Notes: generated by a model not told the origin, from the letters alone. A stretch of 64,000 nt of DNA from Thermoanaerobaculia bacterium (GCA_038319835.1 JBBQDQ010000001.1:19627-83626), one strand, 5' to 3'; numbered from the stretch's first letter, positions 29,422 to 38,851 are shown. A program made the numbers and translations.

Positions 29422-30218
29422 CGCCGGAAGACGGCGGCCTCGTCGTCGTGCGCGGCGCGGGCGACCTCGGCACCGGGTGCATCGTGCGCCTCGTGAAGTC
29501 CGGGTTCCGGGTGCTCGCGCTCGAACTGCCGAACCCGAGAGCCGTCCGCCGGACCGTGAGCCTGTGCGAGGCGGTACACGACGGTGTGGCGGCCGTCGAG
29601 GGCGTGCGCGGAATCCTCCATTCCTCCGTCCCGGCCGCGTGGGCGCGCGACGAGGTGCCCGTCGTCGTCGACCCGGAGTGCACGAGCCTCGCGCCTCTCG
29701 CACCGCTCGCGCTCGTGGACGCGATCATGGCGAAGCGGAACCTCGGCACGCGGATCGACATGGCCTCGGCCGTCGTCGGGCTCGGCCCGGGGTTCGTCGC
29801 CGGACGCGACGTCCATGCCGTCGTCGAGACGAACCGCGGACACGACCTCGGGCGCGTGATCTACGCCGGCGCCACGCAGGCGAACACGGGGGCACCCGGC
29901 CTCGTCGGCGGGCACGGCGGGGAGCGCGTGCTCCACGCCCCGGCGGGCGGCGTCGTCGAAGCGGTGAAGGCGATCGGAGACCGGGTCGAGGCAGGAGACG
30001 CCGTGCTGACGGTGGATGGAACGCCGGTGCGCGCGGCGATCGCGGGAGTCGTCCGCGGGCTCCTGCGCCCGGGCTCCCGGGTCCACGCAGGTATGAAGGT
30101 GGGCGACGTGGACCCCCGGTGCGTGAGGGAGAACTGCTTCACGATCTCCGACAAGGCCCGCGCCGTCGCGGGCGGAGTCCTCGAGGCGATCCTGACGCTC
30201 GCGCCCGCGGGACGCTAG
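29418..30218 (+). CDS. yqeB: YqeB/EF2563-family selenium-dependent molybdenum hydroxylase system accessory protein
   Basis: ATGA overlap with the xdhD stop. N-terminal 'VVVRGAGDLGTGCIVRL' Rossmann-like segment and overall YqeB-like architecture. 266 aa. Confidence 0.6.
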   Translation: MTPEDGGLVVVRGAGDLGTGCIVRLVKSGFRVLALELPNPRAVRRTVSLCEAVHDGVAAVEGVRGILHSSVPAAWARDEVPVVVDPECTSLAPLAPLALVDAIMAKRNLGTRIDMASAVVGLGPGFVAGRDVHAVVETNRGHDLGRVIYAGATQANTGAPGLVGGHGGERVLHAPAGGVVEAVKAIGDRVEAGDAVLTVDGTPVRAAIAGVVRGLLRPGSRVHAGMKVGDVDPRCVRENCFTISDKARAVAGGVLEAILTLAPAGR

Positions 30219-32455
30219 AAGAGCCACCGGTATCCGAGGTACCAGGCCGTCGCGATGTGGACGGTGATCACGAGGACGAGCAGGACGGCCAGCACGACGT
30301 GGAAGCCGCGCCAGTAGTTCATGACCATCTTCACCGTCCGGTACACGGACGCCTGCCGCCTCATCCTGAGGAGGCGCTTGATCGTCGTCGAGAAGTCGTG
30401 ATGGTCCTGCCGCGTCGGAAAGAGGGACCGACACGAGACGAGCGAGAGACGGACCCGGATCGCGTCCAGGGGGAAGGAGAAGATCGCCCGGAAAAAGCCC
30501 ATCCCCTCGGGAGGATCGGACGTCGCGGTCTTCAGGAGCCAGTGGATGTCCTGCGGCTTGACGACGTTTGCGAGCAGCGGGTTGAGGCTCTCGCGGAGCT
30601 GCACGATCTCGCTCCGAAGCTCCGCCATCTCGAGATAGTGGTCTCCCGCGATGGGGATCAGCCCGAAGAGGAAACGCCCGACGAGCCCCGTTCCGACCAC
30701 GCAGACGAGCGACGTGTAGCAGAGTGTCGCGATCATGTTGTTGGAGCCGAACGCCGCGTGAAAGAGGATGACGAGAGGGCTCATGATGCCGACGAAGACG
30801 TGGAACGTGAGCCACTCCTTGATCGGCTTGCGGCCCTTCAGCCGGCGCCAGTGCTTGCGGAGCGGGAGGAGGAAGTTCGAGAGCATCACGAGCGTCGCCA
30901 CGACCCCGACGCCGTGCCCCCACCCGCCGCCCGGCTTGAGGAACTTGTGGAGCGGTGAGTACGAGCGCTGGGCGAGAGGGAGCCAGTAGTAGTTCCGGCC
31001 CGTGTACCACAGGCCCGCGAGGATGATCACGCCGAGGACGGCCAGCGCCGTGCCCAGCCGGATCCGGTGGCGCTCCTCGGTGTTCTCTTCGGTCAGGACG
31101 CGCGAGGTCGTCGAGACGGACTTCTTCTTCGGCTTCTGGGCCACCTGCCCGACGTGCCGCTGAATGGACACGCCGACGCTCTTGAGGAACTCCGTGGGCA
31201 GGACGCCGCCGACGTTGACGACGACGTAGTCGTTCGCGATCTCGGTCCGGAGCCCGGCGACGTCGATCTCCACCCGGTCCGGGTGAATGGCCACGACAGT
31301 GGAGCTCATGATCGCGTTCACACGGCCGTCCTGGATGAGCTTCTCGATGTTGTCCTTGTTGCGCTGCTTGGCCCGTCCGAAGGCGGGGGACCGGTAGGAG
31401 ATGCTGACCTCGGTCCCCTCCTCGGCGGCGAGCATCTGCGCGATCTCGAGGGCCGAATCGCCTCCTCCGACGACGAGGACCTTCTTCCCGGCGTACTGCT
31501 CCGGATGGAGGAGGAGGTAGGTCACCTTCGGAAGGTCCTCGCCGGGGACCTCCAGCTTGCGCGGAGTCCCCATGCGGCCGATGGCCAGGATCACCTTCTG
31601 ACACCGGATCCGGCCCTTTTCCGTCTGGACCGCGAAGTTCCCGTCTTCGCCGTCGATGCCCGTCACCTTGACGCCGTGAACGATCTTGATCTCGGCCTTG
31701 CGGAGAGCCTCCGTGAACATCTCCATCAGAGCTTCTTTGGAGATGAGGGGCCTGCCGAACTTTCCGTAGAAGGGGAGGTCGACGGTCTCCGTCATGACGA
31801 GCTTCTGGCGCGGGTAGTTCGCGATCGTCCCGCCGAGCGAGGTCCCCTGGTCGATGAGGGCGAAAGAGACGCCCGCCTCCTTCATCGCCAGCGCCGCCGC
31901 GATCCCGGACGGCCCCGCGCCGACGATCACGGCGTGGAACTGCCCTCCGGTCGTGGGCCCGACGACGTCCTTGACGCGCCGCCCCACCTGCAGCCCCTGT
32001 CTCACGGCGTTCTTGATGAGCCCCATGCCGCCGAGCTCCCCGACGATGTGGACGCCGGGGCGGTTCGTCTCGAAGAACTCGTCGACTTCAGGGAGGTCGA
32101 GCCCGCGCTCGCTCGTCCCGAACACGAGCTTGATCGCGCCGACCGGACATTCGAGCTCGCACCGGGAATGGCCGATGCAGTTGGCCGCGACGACGAGCGC
32201 GGCCCGGCCGTCCACGACGCCGAGAATGTCGCCCTCCGGGCAGACCTTGATGCACGAGAGGCTCCCGATGCACGTGTTCGGGTCGATGACCGGGTGCAGC
32301 GAGGGGGGGAGGTGGAGCTCCTTCTCGATCGACGATTTCAGGGTTTGTGTGTCGCGCGTCTGCCGCCTCTGCCGGCGCAGCAGGAACAGGGTGACCCCCA
32401 GGCCCACGGCAAGGAACGACGCGATCAGGACGGTCGGGTTCTGCATGGCCTCCAC
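30215..32455 (-). CDS. Membrane-anchored iron-sulfur flavoprotein (2x[4Fe-4S] ferredoxin domain + pyridine-nucleotide-disulfide-oxidoreductase FAD/NAD(P) domain + C-terminal polytopic membrane domain)
   Basis: 'CIGSLSCIKVCP', 'CIGHSRCELECP', 'VIVGAGPSGIAAA', 'VLVVGGGDSALE', then 6+ hydrophobic helices. Convergent 4-bp overlap with yqeB. Confidence 0.65.
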   Translation of the reverse strand: MEAMQNPTVLIASFLAVGLGVTLFLLRRQRRQTRDTQTLKSSIEKELHLPPSLHPVIDPNTCIGSLSCIKVCPEGDILGVVDGRAALVVAANCIGHSRCELECPVGAIKLVFGTSERGLDLPEVDEFFETNRPGVHIVGELGGMGLIKNAVRQGLQVGRRVKDVVGPTTGGQFHAVIVGAGPSGIAAALAMKEAGVSFALIDQGTSLGGTIANYPRQKLVMTETVDLPFYGKFGRPLISKEALMEMFTEALRKAEIKIVHGVKVTGIDGEDGNFAVQTEKGRIRCQKVILAIGRMGTPRKLEVPGEDLPKVTYLLLHPEQYAGKKVLVVGGGDSALEIAQMLAAEEGTEVSISYRSPAFGRAKQRNKDNIEKLIQDGRVNAIMSSTVVAIHPDRVEIDVAGLRTEIANDYVVVNVGGVLPTEFLKSVGVSIQRHVGQVAQKPKKKSVSTTSRVLTEENTEERHRIRLGTALAVLGVIILAGLWYTGRNYYWLPLAQRSYSPLHKFLKPGGGWGHGVGVVATLVMLSNFLLPLRKHWRRLKGRKPIKEWLTFHVFVGIMSPLVILFHAAFGSNNMIATLCYTSLVCVVGTGLVGRFLFGLIPIAGDHYLEMAELRSEIVQLRESLNPLLANVVKPQDIHWLLKTATSDPPEGMGFFRAIFSFPLDAIRVRLSLVSCRSLFPTRQDHHDFSTTIKRLLRMRRQASVYRTVKMVMNYWRGFHVVLAVLLVLVITVHIATAWYLGYRWLF

Positions 32456-32601
32456 CCTAGAGCAGTCTCAGAACAGCTTCTGAGGACACCGAATCACGGA
32501 CCCAAGGATATCGTGCGGACCCGGGCCCGCACCTCACGAGGCGTGCGCCCCGTCACGGCGTCCGGAGGAGGAACTGGATATGGTCGGCCTCAAGAAGCCG
32601 T

Positions 32602-32997
32602 ATGGAGCTCACCCGGATACTCGACGAGGTTCTGCAGATCGAGAGCCTTTCGTGCGGCGTTGTCATCGACGAGTTCGGCGAGGTTCTGGCCCGCGCAGGA
32701 GACTTCGAGTCCTATCCCGAGAAAAGCCTCGTTTCGTCCGTCCTCGGTCCGTCCGGGAAGCCCCGCCAGACGTACGCGAGCCTGGAAGGCCAGCCCCTTC
32801 CGGCGATCTGGGGCGAGGGCGAGTGCTACGCGATCCTCGACCGGCCTGTCCCCGGAATCGCCTTCGCGCTCTTCGGCGTTCCGGCGCGCCCCCGTCTCGC
32901 GTTTCTTCGGCCTCGCTCGGGTGAGTACGAGGCCATGTCGCTGATCGAGCGTTCGAAGCGGGTGAGCCGACGCCTCCGCGAGGCCACCGCTCACTGA
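32602..32997 (+). CDS. Roadblock/LC7-like small protein (tentative)
   Basis: 131 aa; 'LDEVLQIESLSCGVVIDEFGEVLA...ECYAILDRPVPGIAFALFG' resembles the Roadblock/MglB fold pattern. No SD at the first ATG. Confidence 0.4.
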   Translation: MELTRILDEVLQIESLSCGVVIDEFGEVLARAGDFESYPEKSLVSSVLGPSGKPRQTYASLEGQPLPAIWGEGECYAILDRPVPGIAFALFGVPARPRLAFLRPRSGEYEAMSLIERSKRVSRRLREATAH

Positions 32998-33044
32998 TCC
33001 GGCTCGAACGCAAACGGGGTACGCTCTTCCAGCAGGGAGTGCGC

Positions 33045-33485
33045 ATGAACCTAAACGTCATCCTGTTGACCGCGTTCGTGGCCGCGACGGCATCCGCGCA
33101 GGAACGTGCGGTGCCGGTGGAGCAGGAACCGGAGCACAAGACGGTCTTCAAGAACGAGTACGTGCAGGCTTTCCATGTGACCCTCGCGCCCGGCAAGAGC
33201 ACGGGGATGCACGTGCACGCACACGACGACGCCGTCGTAAGACTGAGCAAGGCGACGGTGACGTCGGACAGCCCGGGCAAGCCGACGGGAGATCCGGAGT
33301 TCGTCGTCCCGGGCCTCGTGTCGGCGCGGGCCTGCGAGAAGGAGCCGCTCACGCACCGGGTCCACAACGTCGGAACGACGCCGTTCGAGGTCCTCAGGGA
33401 CGCCCCGCCGCGGCTAGAAAAGACCAACACGAGGGCGTGGCTCTTCCAGCCCTTCTCCGCCAGTGAGGCGCGTTGCCCGGCGTAG
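33045..33485 (+). CDS. Secreted cupin-domain protein
   Basis: Signal peptide 'MNLNVILLTAFVAATASA'. Cupin His motifs 'GMHVHAHDD' and 'HRVHNVG'. GGGAG RBS. Confidence 0.55.
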   Translation: MNLNVILLTAFVAATASAQERAVPVEQEPEHKTVFKNEYVQAFHVTLAPGKSTGMHVHAHDDAVVRLSKATVTSDSPGKPTGDPEFVVPGLVSARACEKEPLTHRVHNVGTTPFEVLRDAPPRLEKTNTRAWLFQPFSASEARCPA

Positions 33486-33497
33486 AATGCCGGGACC

Positions 33498-34166
33498 GTG
33501 ATCCAGAGGCTCGTGCGCGTCCTTGCTCTCCGAGCCGGCGGCACGCACCGCTCCTCCGGGGCGCTGGACGGCTTCGTCGACGCGCTCCTTCAGAAGTTCG
33601 AGAACTGCCGCCCGGGGATCCACGACGACCAGACCGGGCCCTCGGGCGAGACGCCCGAGGCGTTCTTCGGCAGGCTCTACGACGAGGAAGTCCCGAGGCT
33701 GAAGGACCAGATCCGGATCGAGGAGCCGCAGCTCTCGTCCGGGGAGCGGTCCCTCGTGTTCGCGAAGGTCGACGGGATGATCCGGAGCGTCGTCCTCCCG
33801 GCGTACGTGCGCCTCTCCTCGCGCTTCACTTTGCGCGAGCGCAACGGCTTCTACGTCGCGCCGGATCCGCTCCACGGGCTCGAGCGGCTCGGCTGGGCGG
33901 TCGCCGGCCTCGTGCTCGGCGGGCTCGTCGTCTGGGCGCCCTTCATCCCGCTCTGGTCCAAGGAGTGGGTGCTCCCCTTCATGCTCGGGGGGCTGTTTTT
34001 CCCGGACCTGCGCGGGTTTCTTTCGGTCCGGAGGTACGAGCGCGAGCTGAACCGCCTCGTCTCGAACGTGGACGACGAGATCAGCCGCCTCAACGTGCGC
34101 CTCCTCCTCCGGCCGGCGGAGCCGGGAGAGCCGCCACTCACCCTGCCGGCCGGCGAGGAGTCCTGA
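33498..34166 (+). CDS. Hypothetical membrane protein (two C-terminal TM helices), first gene of the SPFH operon
   Basis: GTG start. Hydrophobic 'LGWAVAGLVLGGLVVWAPFIPLW...VLPFMLGGLFF'. Stop overlaps the next start (TGATG). Confidence 0.5.
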   Translation: MIQRLVRVLALRAGGTHRSSGALDGFVDALLQKFENCRPGIHDDQTGPSGETPEAFFGRLYDEEVPRLKDQIRIEEPQLSSGERSLVFAKVDGMIRSVVLPAYVRLSSRFTLRERNGFYVAPDPLHGLERLGWAVAGLVLGGLVVWAPFIPLWSKEWVLPFMLGGLFFPDLRGFLSVRRYERELNRLVSNVDDEISRLNVRLLLRPAEPGEPPLTLPAGEES

Positions 34167-35269
34167 TGGTCAACGTCGCCGGGCAGAAGTCGTTCCTCGA
34201 GTCGCTCCGCGGAAATGCGCGGCGGACGGCTCTCACGGTCCTCCTCGCCGCGATCGTCCTCGCCTTCCTCTACACGGGCTGCGCCGCTCGCGTCCTCCCG
34301 AACGAGCTGGGCGTCGAGCAGCGGAAGTTCGGCTTCAAGACGGGCATCGTCGAGCGGACCTTCGGTCCGGGGCTCTACCTCGTCGGGCCCGGCACGACGA
34401 TGCACTCCTTCTCGCGGGAGATCCACGTCCTCGAGGCGACCACCGGACAGGGCGACACCGCCGAGCGCTCCAGGCTGCGCAGCAAGGTCCTCGGGCGCGA
34501 CACGCACCGCGTGATCGACGCGATCAACGTCCAGACCTCCGACGGCTACTCCGTGACGGCGGACGTGACGCTCCTCTTCTCGATCGTGGACCCGGTCAAG
34601 GTCGCCAAGGCCTACGGCTGGGGCACGCTCTACATGGATTCCTTCGTCATCAACACGTTCCACAACGGCGTCCTCACGACGCTCGGCAAGATGAACGCCG
34701 AGTCCTTTTACGACGAGGCCGTACGCATCAAGGCGGTCGCCGAGGCCGAGACGACGCTGCGCGAGAAGTTCGCCGACCGCGGCTTCCGGGTGGAGAAGCT
34801 CCTCCTCCGGAGCTACGCCTACGTCGCGAACTACGAGAAGTCGCTGCACGACAAGAAGGTCGCGGTGCAGCTCACCGAGAAGAACCGGAAAGAGAGCCTC
34901 GTCAACGAGGAGAAGGCGAAGCTGAGACAGATCGAGTCGAAGGGCAACGCCGCGATCACGATCGCCGAGTCCGAGGTGAACGCGCGCATCGCGAAGATCC
35001 GCGCCGAGGCGGAGCTCTACTCGTCGCAGGTGCACGCGCGCGGCGACAAGGAGGTCAACGTCGCGGCGGCCGAGGCGAAGCGCCTCAAGGCGGACGCGTT
35101 GACGGGGGCGGGCGGGCGCTACGTCGTCGCGCTCGAGACCGCGAAGATGTTCGACAACATCGAGGGCGCCGTCATGACGCCGGAGCAGTACATCGCCTTC
35201 ATCCGGAACGCCTGGGCCGTCATCGGCGCGAGCCCCGGCGGTCCGCCGCCGGCGGGAGGCGTGAAGTGA
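34166..35269 (+). CDS. SPFH/band-7 (stomatin/prohibitin/HflK-HflC) domain protein
   Basis: N-terminal TM; SPFH core 'QTSDGYSVTADVTLLFSIVDPVKVAKAYG'; coiled-coil tail. Confidence 0.75.
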   Translation: MVNVAGQKSFLESLRGNARRTALTVLLAAIVLAFLYTGCAARVLPNELGVEQRKFGFKTGIVERTFGPGLYLVGPGTTMHSFSREIHVLEATTGQGDTAERSRLRSKVLGRDTHRVIDAINVQTSDGYSVTADVTLLFSIVDPVKVAKAYGWGTLYMDSFVINTFHNGVLTTLGKMNAESFYDEAVRIKAVAEAETTLREKFADRGFRVEKLLLRSYAYVANYEKSLHDKKVAVQLTEKNRKESLVNEEKAKLRQIESKGNAAITIAESEVNARIAKIRAEAELYSSQVHARGDKEVNVAAAEAKRLKADALTGAGGRYVVALETAKMFDNIEGAVMTPEQYIAFIRNAWAVIGASPGGPPPAGGVK

Positions 35270-36318
35270 GCGCCGTGCGCCGCTTCCGCACGGTTCTCGC
35301 CGTCGCCCTCGCGGGCGCGCTCTCGGGCTGCGGCGCGACGACGTCGACCGAGGTCGGCGTCCGCACCCGGCTCGTCTGGTTCTTCGAGAAGCGCGGGGCG
35401 CAGGAGATCTACCAGCCGGGCGGCGTGTATTTCTTCCTGCCCGTCATCAACGCCTGGTCGACGCTCCCGATCTCCCAGCAGAACCTCTCCATGACGGCCA
35501 ATTCGAACGAGGGCGACCGGCTGGGCCGCGACGACATCACGTTCAAGACGAAGGACGGGAACAACGTCTTCATCGACGTGAACGTCATGTGGCGCATCGA
35601 TCCTGCGAAGGCCGCGTCCCTCGTGTCGAACGTCGGCCAGAGTGCGACGGAGATCAAGGAGCGCCTCGTGCGCCCGGTCTCGCGCTCGATCATCCGCGAC
35701 GTCTTCAACGAGATTACGAGCGAGGAGTACTACCAGGTCACCGTCAAGAACCGCATGGCGCAGCGCGCGAAGGAGCTGCTCGAGAAGGACCTCGGGCCGT
35801 TCGGCATCATCGTGGACCAGCTTCAGGTCCAGCAGCACCGGTTCGACAAGGAGTATCAGGACGCAATCAACGCGCAGAAGCAGGCGGAGGCCGACGTCCA
35901 GACGCTCATCGAGCAGCAGAAGAACATGTTCGTGCAGAAGCAGAGCGAGCTCGAGGGAAAGCGCTCCGAATGGAACAAGCAGCTCGAGGACGCTCTTGGC
36001 GAGGCCGGCCGCATCAAGAACGAGGCCGACGGCTATTACCAGACGAAGACGAACGCCGCGAAGGCCCAGATCGCGGTCGCGCAGGCGGAGGCGGAAGGCG
36101 TCCGCAAGGAGGCCGAGGCGCTCGGCAAGCTCGGCGGCGACGCCTACGTCAAGATGCAGGTCGCCAAACAGCTCGCGCGGAAGAAGATCATGCTCGTTCC
36201 GTCGGCGAACGTCTCGACGATGAACGTGAACGAGCTCGTGAGCTACCTCCTCGGCCGGGCGCACGCACCCGCTGTCGAAGCGCCCGAGACCGCTGCGCCC
36301 GCCGTCCCGAAGAGATAG
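35266..36318 (+). CDS. SPFH/band-7 domain lipoprotein (paralogous partner)
   Basis: GTGA overlap with the upstream stop. Lipobox 'LAGALSGC'. SPFH core 'TKDGNNVFIDVNVMWRIDPAKAASL'. Long Q/E/A-rich coiled coil. Confidence 0.75.
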   Translation: MSAVRRFRTVLAVALAGALSGCGATTSTEVGVRTRLVWFFEKRGAQEIYQPGGVYFFLPVINAWSTLPISQQNLSMTANSNEGDRLGRDDITFKTKDGNNVFIDVNVMWRIDPAKAASLVSNVGQSATEIKERLVRPVSRSIIRDVFNEITSEEYYQVTVKNRMAQRAKELLEKDLGPFGIIVDQLQVQQHRFDKEYQDAINAQKQAEADVQTLIEQQKNMFVQKQSELEGKRSEWNKQLEDALGEAGRIKNEADGYYQTKTNAAKAQIAVAQAEAEGVRKEAEALGKLGGDAYVKMQVAKQLARKKIMLVPSANVSTMNVNELVSYLLGRAHAPAVEAPETAAPAVPKR

Positions 36319-36321
36319 CGG

Positions 36322-36373
36322 GAAATTCGTGAAAGACAAGGTCGACGCTCTCAAGAGCGACTGTGTCAGATAA
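36322..36373 (+). pseudogene. Remnant of a csbD-like gene 3' end (encodes ..KFVKDKVDALKSDCVR*)
   Basis: 36324-36362 matches the reverse complement of 1928-1975 (csbD C-terminus 'EFVKDKVDALKSD') at ~36/40 nt, in the opposite orientation. Ends with in-frame TAA and lacks any N-terminal part. Confidence 0.55.
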
Positions 36374-36532
36374 CTGTCTCAGGACGCCGGTGTAGCGTCG
36401 AATTTTGGCTCCGAACGGCGGTTTCCACACGCTAAATGTTGTGTAGAATCACTTAACACCTCGGGCGCAACTCTTGCTTGTCATGTGTCTCGCGCCGCAG
36501 AGTATCCACCTCTGTCGCGTAGAGGAGAACCA

Positions 36533-38167
36533 TTGACCAAGAATCGCGCTCATACGACATTCTCGCTTCTTGCCGCCATGCTGCTTGCCGTTCCTGTGGC
36601 GCGGGCAGTAGAGCCGGTCGATTCGGGATTGCAGAACTGGTCCACGCCTCCTTACTGGTCATCGCCGAAGGACACGGCCGTCGAGCAGAGCGGCCGGGCC
36701 GCCCTCGCCGGTCGGCAGGCGCTCGCCCCGGCCCCGGCTCCGCTGCCCTTCGTGGCCGTCGCGCCCTGCCGTCTCGTCGACACGCGCGGCCTGACCGCGG
36801 CCCTGCCGGGCGGCGGCTTCCTGCCTCCCTCCACGGCCCGCACCTACACGGTCACCGGCGTCTGCAACATCCCGGCGGACGCGAAGGCGATTTCCGTGAA
36901 CGCCACCGTCGTGAATCCGACGGGCCCCGGGTTCCTGACCCTCTGGGCCCAGGGCGGGGTGTTTCCGTCGGTTTCGACGCTGAACTATCTCGCGGGCCAG
37001 ACGATCGCGAACGCGGCCGTCGTGCCCCTGAGCGCCGGCGGAGGTCTCTCGGTTGCGATGGGCGTCTCGGGCGGCGATCTCGTCCTCGACACGAATGGTT
37101 ACTACTCGCCTCTCGGCGTCGTGAACAGCCTGAACGGCCAAGGCGGGGACCTGACGCTCGTGGCGGGAACGAACGTCACGCTGACGCCAGGAGTAGGGAC
37201 GCTTTCGATCAGCGCGGCGAGCGGCACGGGACCGGCGGGACCGGCCGGACCGGCCGGACCGACGGGGCCGGCGGGCGCGACGGGCGCGACGGGCGCGCAG
37301 GGATCCGTGGGTCTCACGGGAGCGACCGGTCCGCAAGGCCTCGCCGGCCTCACGGGCGCGACGGGTCCAGCCGGCCCGACCGGACCGCAGGGTCCGACCG
37401 GCACCTTCGACACGTCTTGCGCGATCTCGTCTGGGGACTGGGACCAGTTCCGCAACTGCCTCCTCGCTCCGGCCGTCGTCTTCAACAGCATGCCGAATTC
37501 GACACCTCCGAACGTGGTGAGCGAAGGCTTCGAGTGCTGCCAGAACTCGGAGCTCGGCGACCGGATCCTGCTCGCGGGCTCGGCCCGGCGCGGAATTTCG
37601 GCTGCCCTGCTCATGTCCACGTGGGCGCTTCACTCCGACTACTCCGCGATGAGCGCCGCAGGCTGGTCGCATCCGATCACGCTCAATATCTACTCGGATG
37701 CCGCGCACGCCGCTGCGCACACACCGGATGTCGCGACCATCACACAGAACTTTGTAATCCCCTGGAGGCCCGTCGCGGATCCGACGTGTCCCGATACGGG
37801 GTACGGCGCCGGGTTCGCGTGGCGCGCGAGCAACGGGAACTGCTACAACGGGTACGCGTTCGCGCTCTCGTTCAACCTCGGCGGTGTGGTCCTGCCGGAC
37901 ACGTTCACATACGGCATCGCCTACAACACGCGCTCGTGGGGCTATCAGCCCTTCGGGTCCGGAGGCCCGTACGACTCGCTGAATGTGGGACTGACGACCT
38001 CGGGCCCGACGGTCGGCACGGACGTCGTTCCGGGCGAAGTCTGGCGCTCCGTCGCGGGCACTCCTTCCGGACCGGTCGCGCCTGAAGCGGGCTGGGTCAC
38101 CGAGCCGCCCGCGCCCCCGCCCCATCTCCCGTACACGCCGACGATCAAGTTCACGACGCTGCCCTGA
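36533..38167 (+). CDS. Secreted collagen-like (Gly-X-Y triple-helix repeat) protein with N- and C-terminal globular domains
   Basis: TTG at 36533 with AGGAG and a 5-nt spacer. Signal peptide '[24 protein letters not shown]'. ~20 uninterrupted GXY triplets '[58 protein letters not shown]'. Cys-containing C-terminal domain. Confidence 0.7.
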   Translation: MTKNRAHTTFSLLAAMLLAVPVARAVEPVDSGLQNWSTPPYWSSPKDTAVEQSGRAALAGRQALAPAPAPLPFVAVAPCRLVDTRGLTAALPGGGFLPPSTARTYTVTGVCNIPADAKAISVNATVVNPTGPGFLTLWAQGGVFPSVSTLNYLAGQTIANAAVVPLSAGGGLSVAMGVSGGDLVLDTNGYYSPLGVVNSLNGQGGDLTLVAGTNVTLTPGVGTLSISAASGTGPAGPAGPAGPTGPAGATGATGAQGSVGLTGATGPQGLAGLTGATGPAGPTGPQGPTGTFDTSCAISSGDWDQFRNCLLAPAVVFNSMPNSTPPNVVSEGFECCQNSELGDRILLAGSARRGISAALLMSTWALHSDYSAMSAAGWSHPITLNIYSDAAHAAAHTPDVATITQNFVIPWRPVADPTCPDTGYGAGFAWRASNGNCYNGYAFALSFNLGGVVLPDTFTYGIAYNTRSWGYQPFGSGGPYDSLNVGLTTSGPTVGTDVVPGEVWRSVAGTPSGPVAPEAGWVTEPPAPPPHLPYTPTIKFTTLP

Positions 38168-38315
38168 AGAGGAGAAAGCCTCAGGTCCGTGCGGGTTCCC
38201 GGTACCGCGTGAGCACCCAGACGACGAGGATCGCGACTTCCGCATCCACGAAGAAGATCCGTGCCGGCGAACCGGGGCCGGCGAGCGGGCCGCAGACGAC
38301 GGCCCGGCTGACGGC

Positions 38316-38589
38316 TCAGATCTCCGAGCGGAACGGACGGCACCGCGCAAGGTCGCTTCGGGACCGCTCCTCCATCACTGCGGCGAAGAGCGCGTCGTAC
38401 ACGACAAGGTTGAGCTCCTCGTTCAGGTGGAAGGAGCGATCGTCGAAGTTCGCCGAGCCGAGCGTGGACAGCAGCCCGTCCACGATCATCGTCTTCAGCG
38501 TCGCGGAAGCGCGACCCCACGTCGCCCGACCAGAAGATGTACGCCTCGAAGTTGACGGTCCTCCGGGCGGAGGCAATCGCGTCGAGCAT
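38316..38589 (-). pseudogene. Frameshifted, internally deleted phospholipase-D/cardiolipin-synthase remnant
   Basis: One frame gives 'LDAIASARRTVNFEAYIFWSGDVGSRFRDA' (start of a PLD domain). A second overlapping frame gives the HKD-region 'TLKTMIVDGLLSTLGSANFDDRSFHLNEELNLVVYDALFAAV'. The ~80 aa normally between them are missing and the frames differ. Confidence 0.55.
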
Positions 38590-38816
38590 GGCCGGGAAGA
38601 TCCTGTCGCTGAAATGCGCTTCGGGTCATACAGCTCGGCCCAGCGATTCTTCCGGCGCAGGATGAGATTCCGCCGCCCACTACGCAGACGTCCACCTCGA
38701 GGTCGGCCTTGAGCGGAGAGCCCGGCGGGCTATCGACGCCCATCCACGGAGAGACGGTCTTTCCAGAATCGCTTTTCACGGTCTTGGAGTTCTCCGCCGA
38801 TCGAGATCGGGAAGAC

Positions 38817-38842
38817 AAAGGGGGCCGATCGGCCCCCCTTTT
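38817..38842. terminator. Palindromic GC hairpin GGGGGCCGATCGGCCCCC followed by TTTT (bidirectional terminator-like)
   Basis: Perfect palindrome at 38820-38838, T-run 38839-38842, A-run on the other side. Lies between the PLD remnant and the duplicated 3' fragment. Confidence 0.55.
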
Positions 38843-38851
38843 CACGATCGT

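Noticed and set aside
14463-30218. Possible in-frame UGA selenocysteine codons and SECIS elements in the 'selenium-dependent' cluster
   Set aside because: All cluster ORFs read through without internal TGA. The SDMH system uses a labile selenium cofactor rather than Sec in E. coli, and no SECIS-like hairpin downstream of a TGA was seen.
32580-32924. 114-aa ORF starting at the ATG 8 nt after a GGAGGAGG SD
   Set aside because: Its product is pure R/P/S/G low complexity. The roadblock-like frame (32602..32997) is more protein-like despite lacking an SD, so the latter is reported with low confidence.
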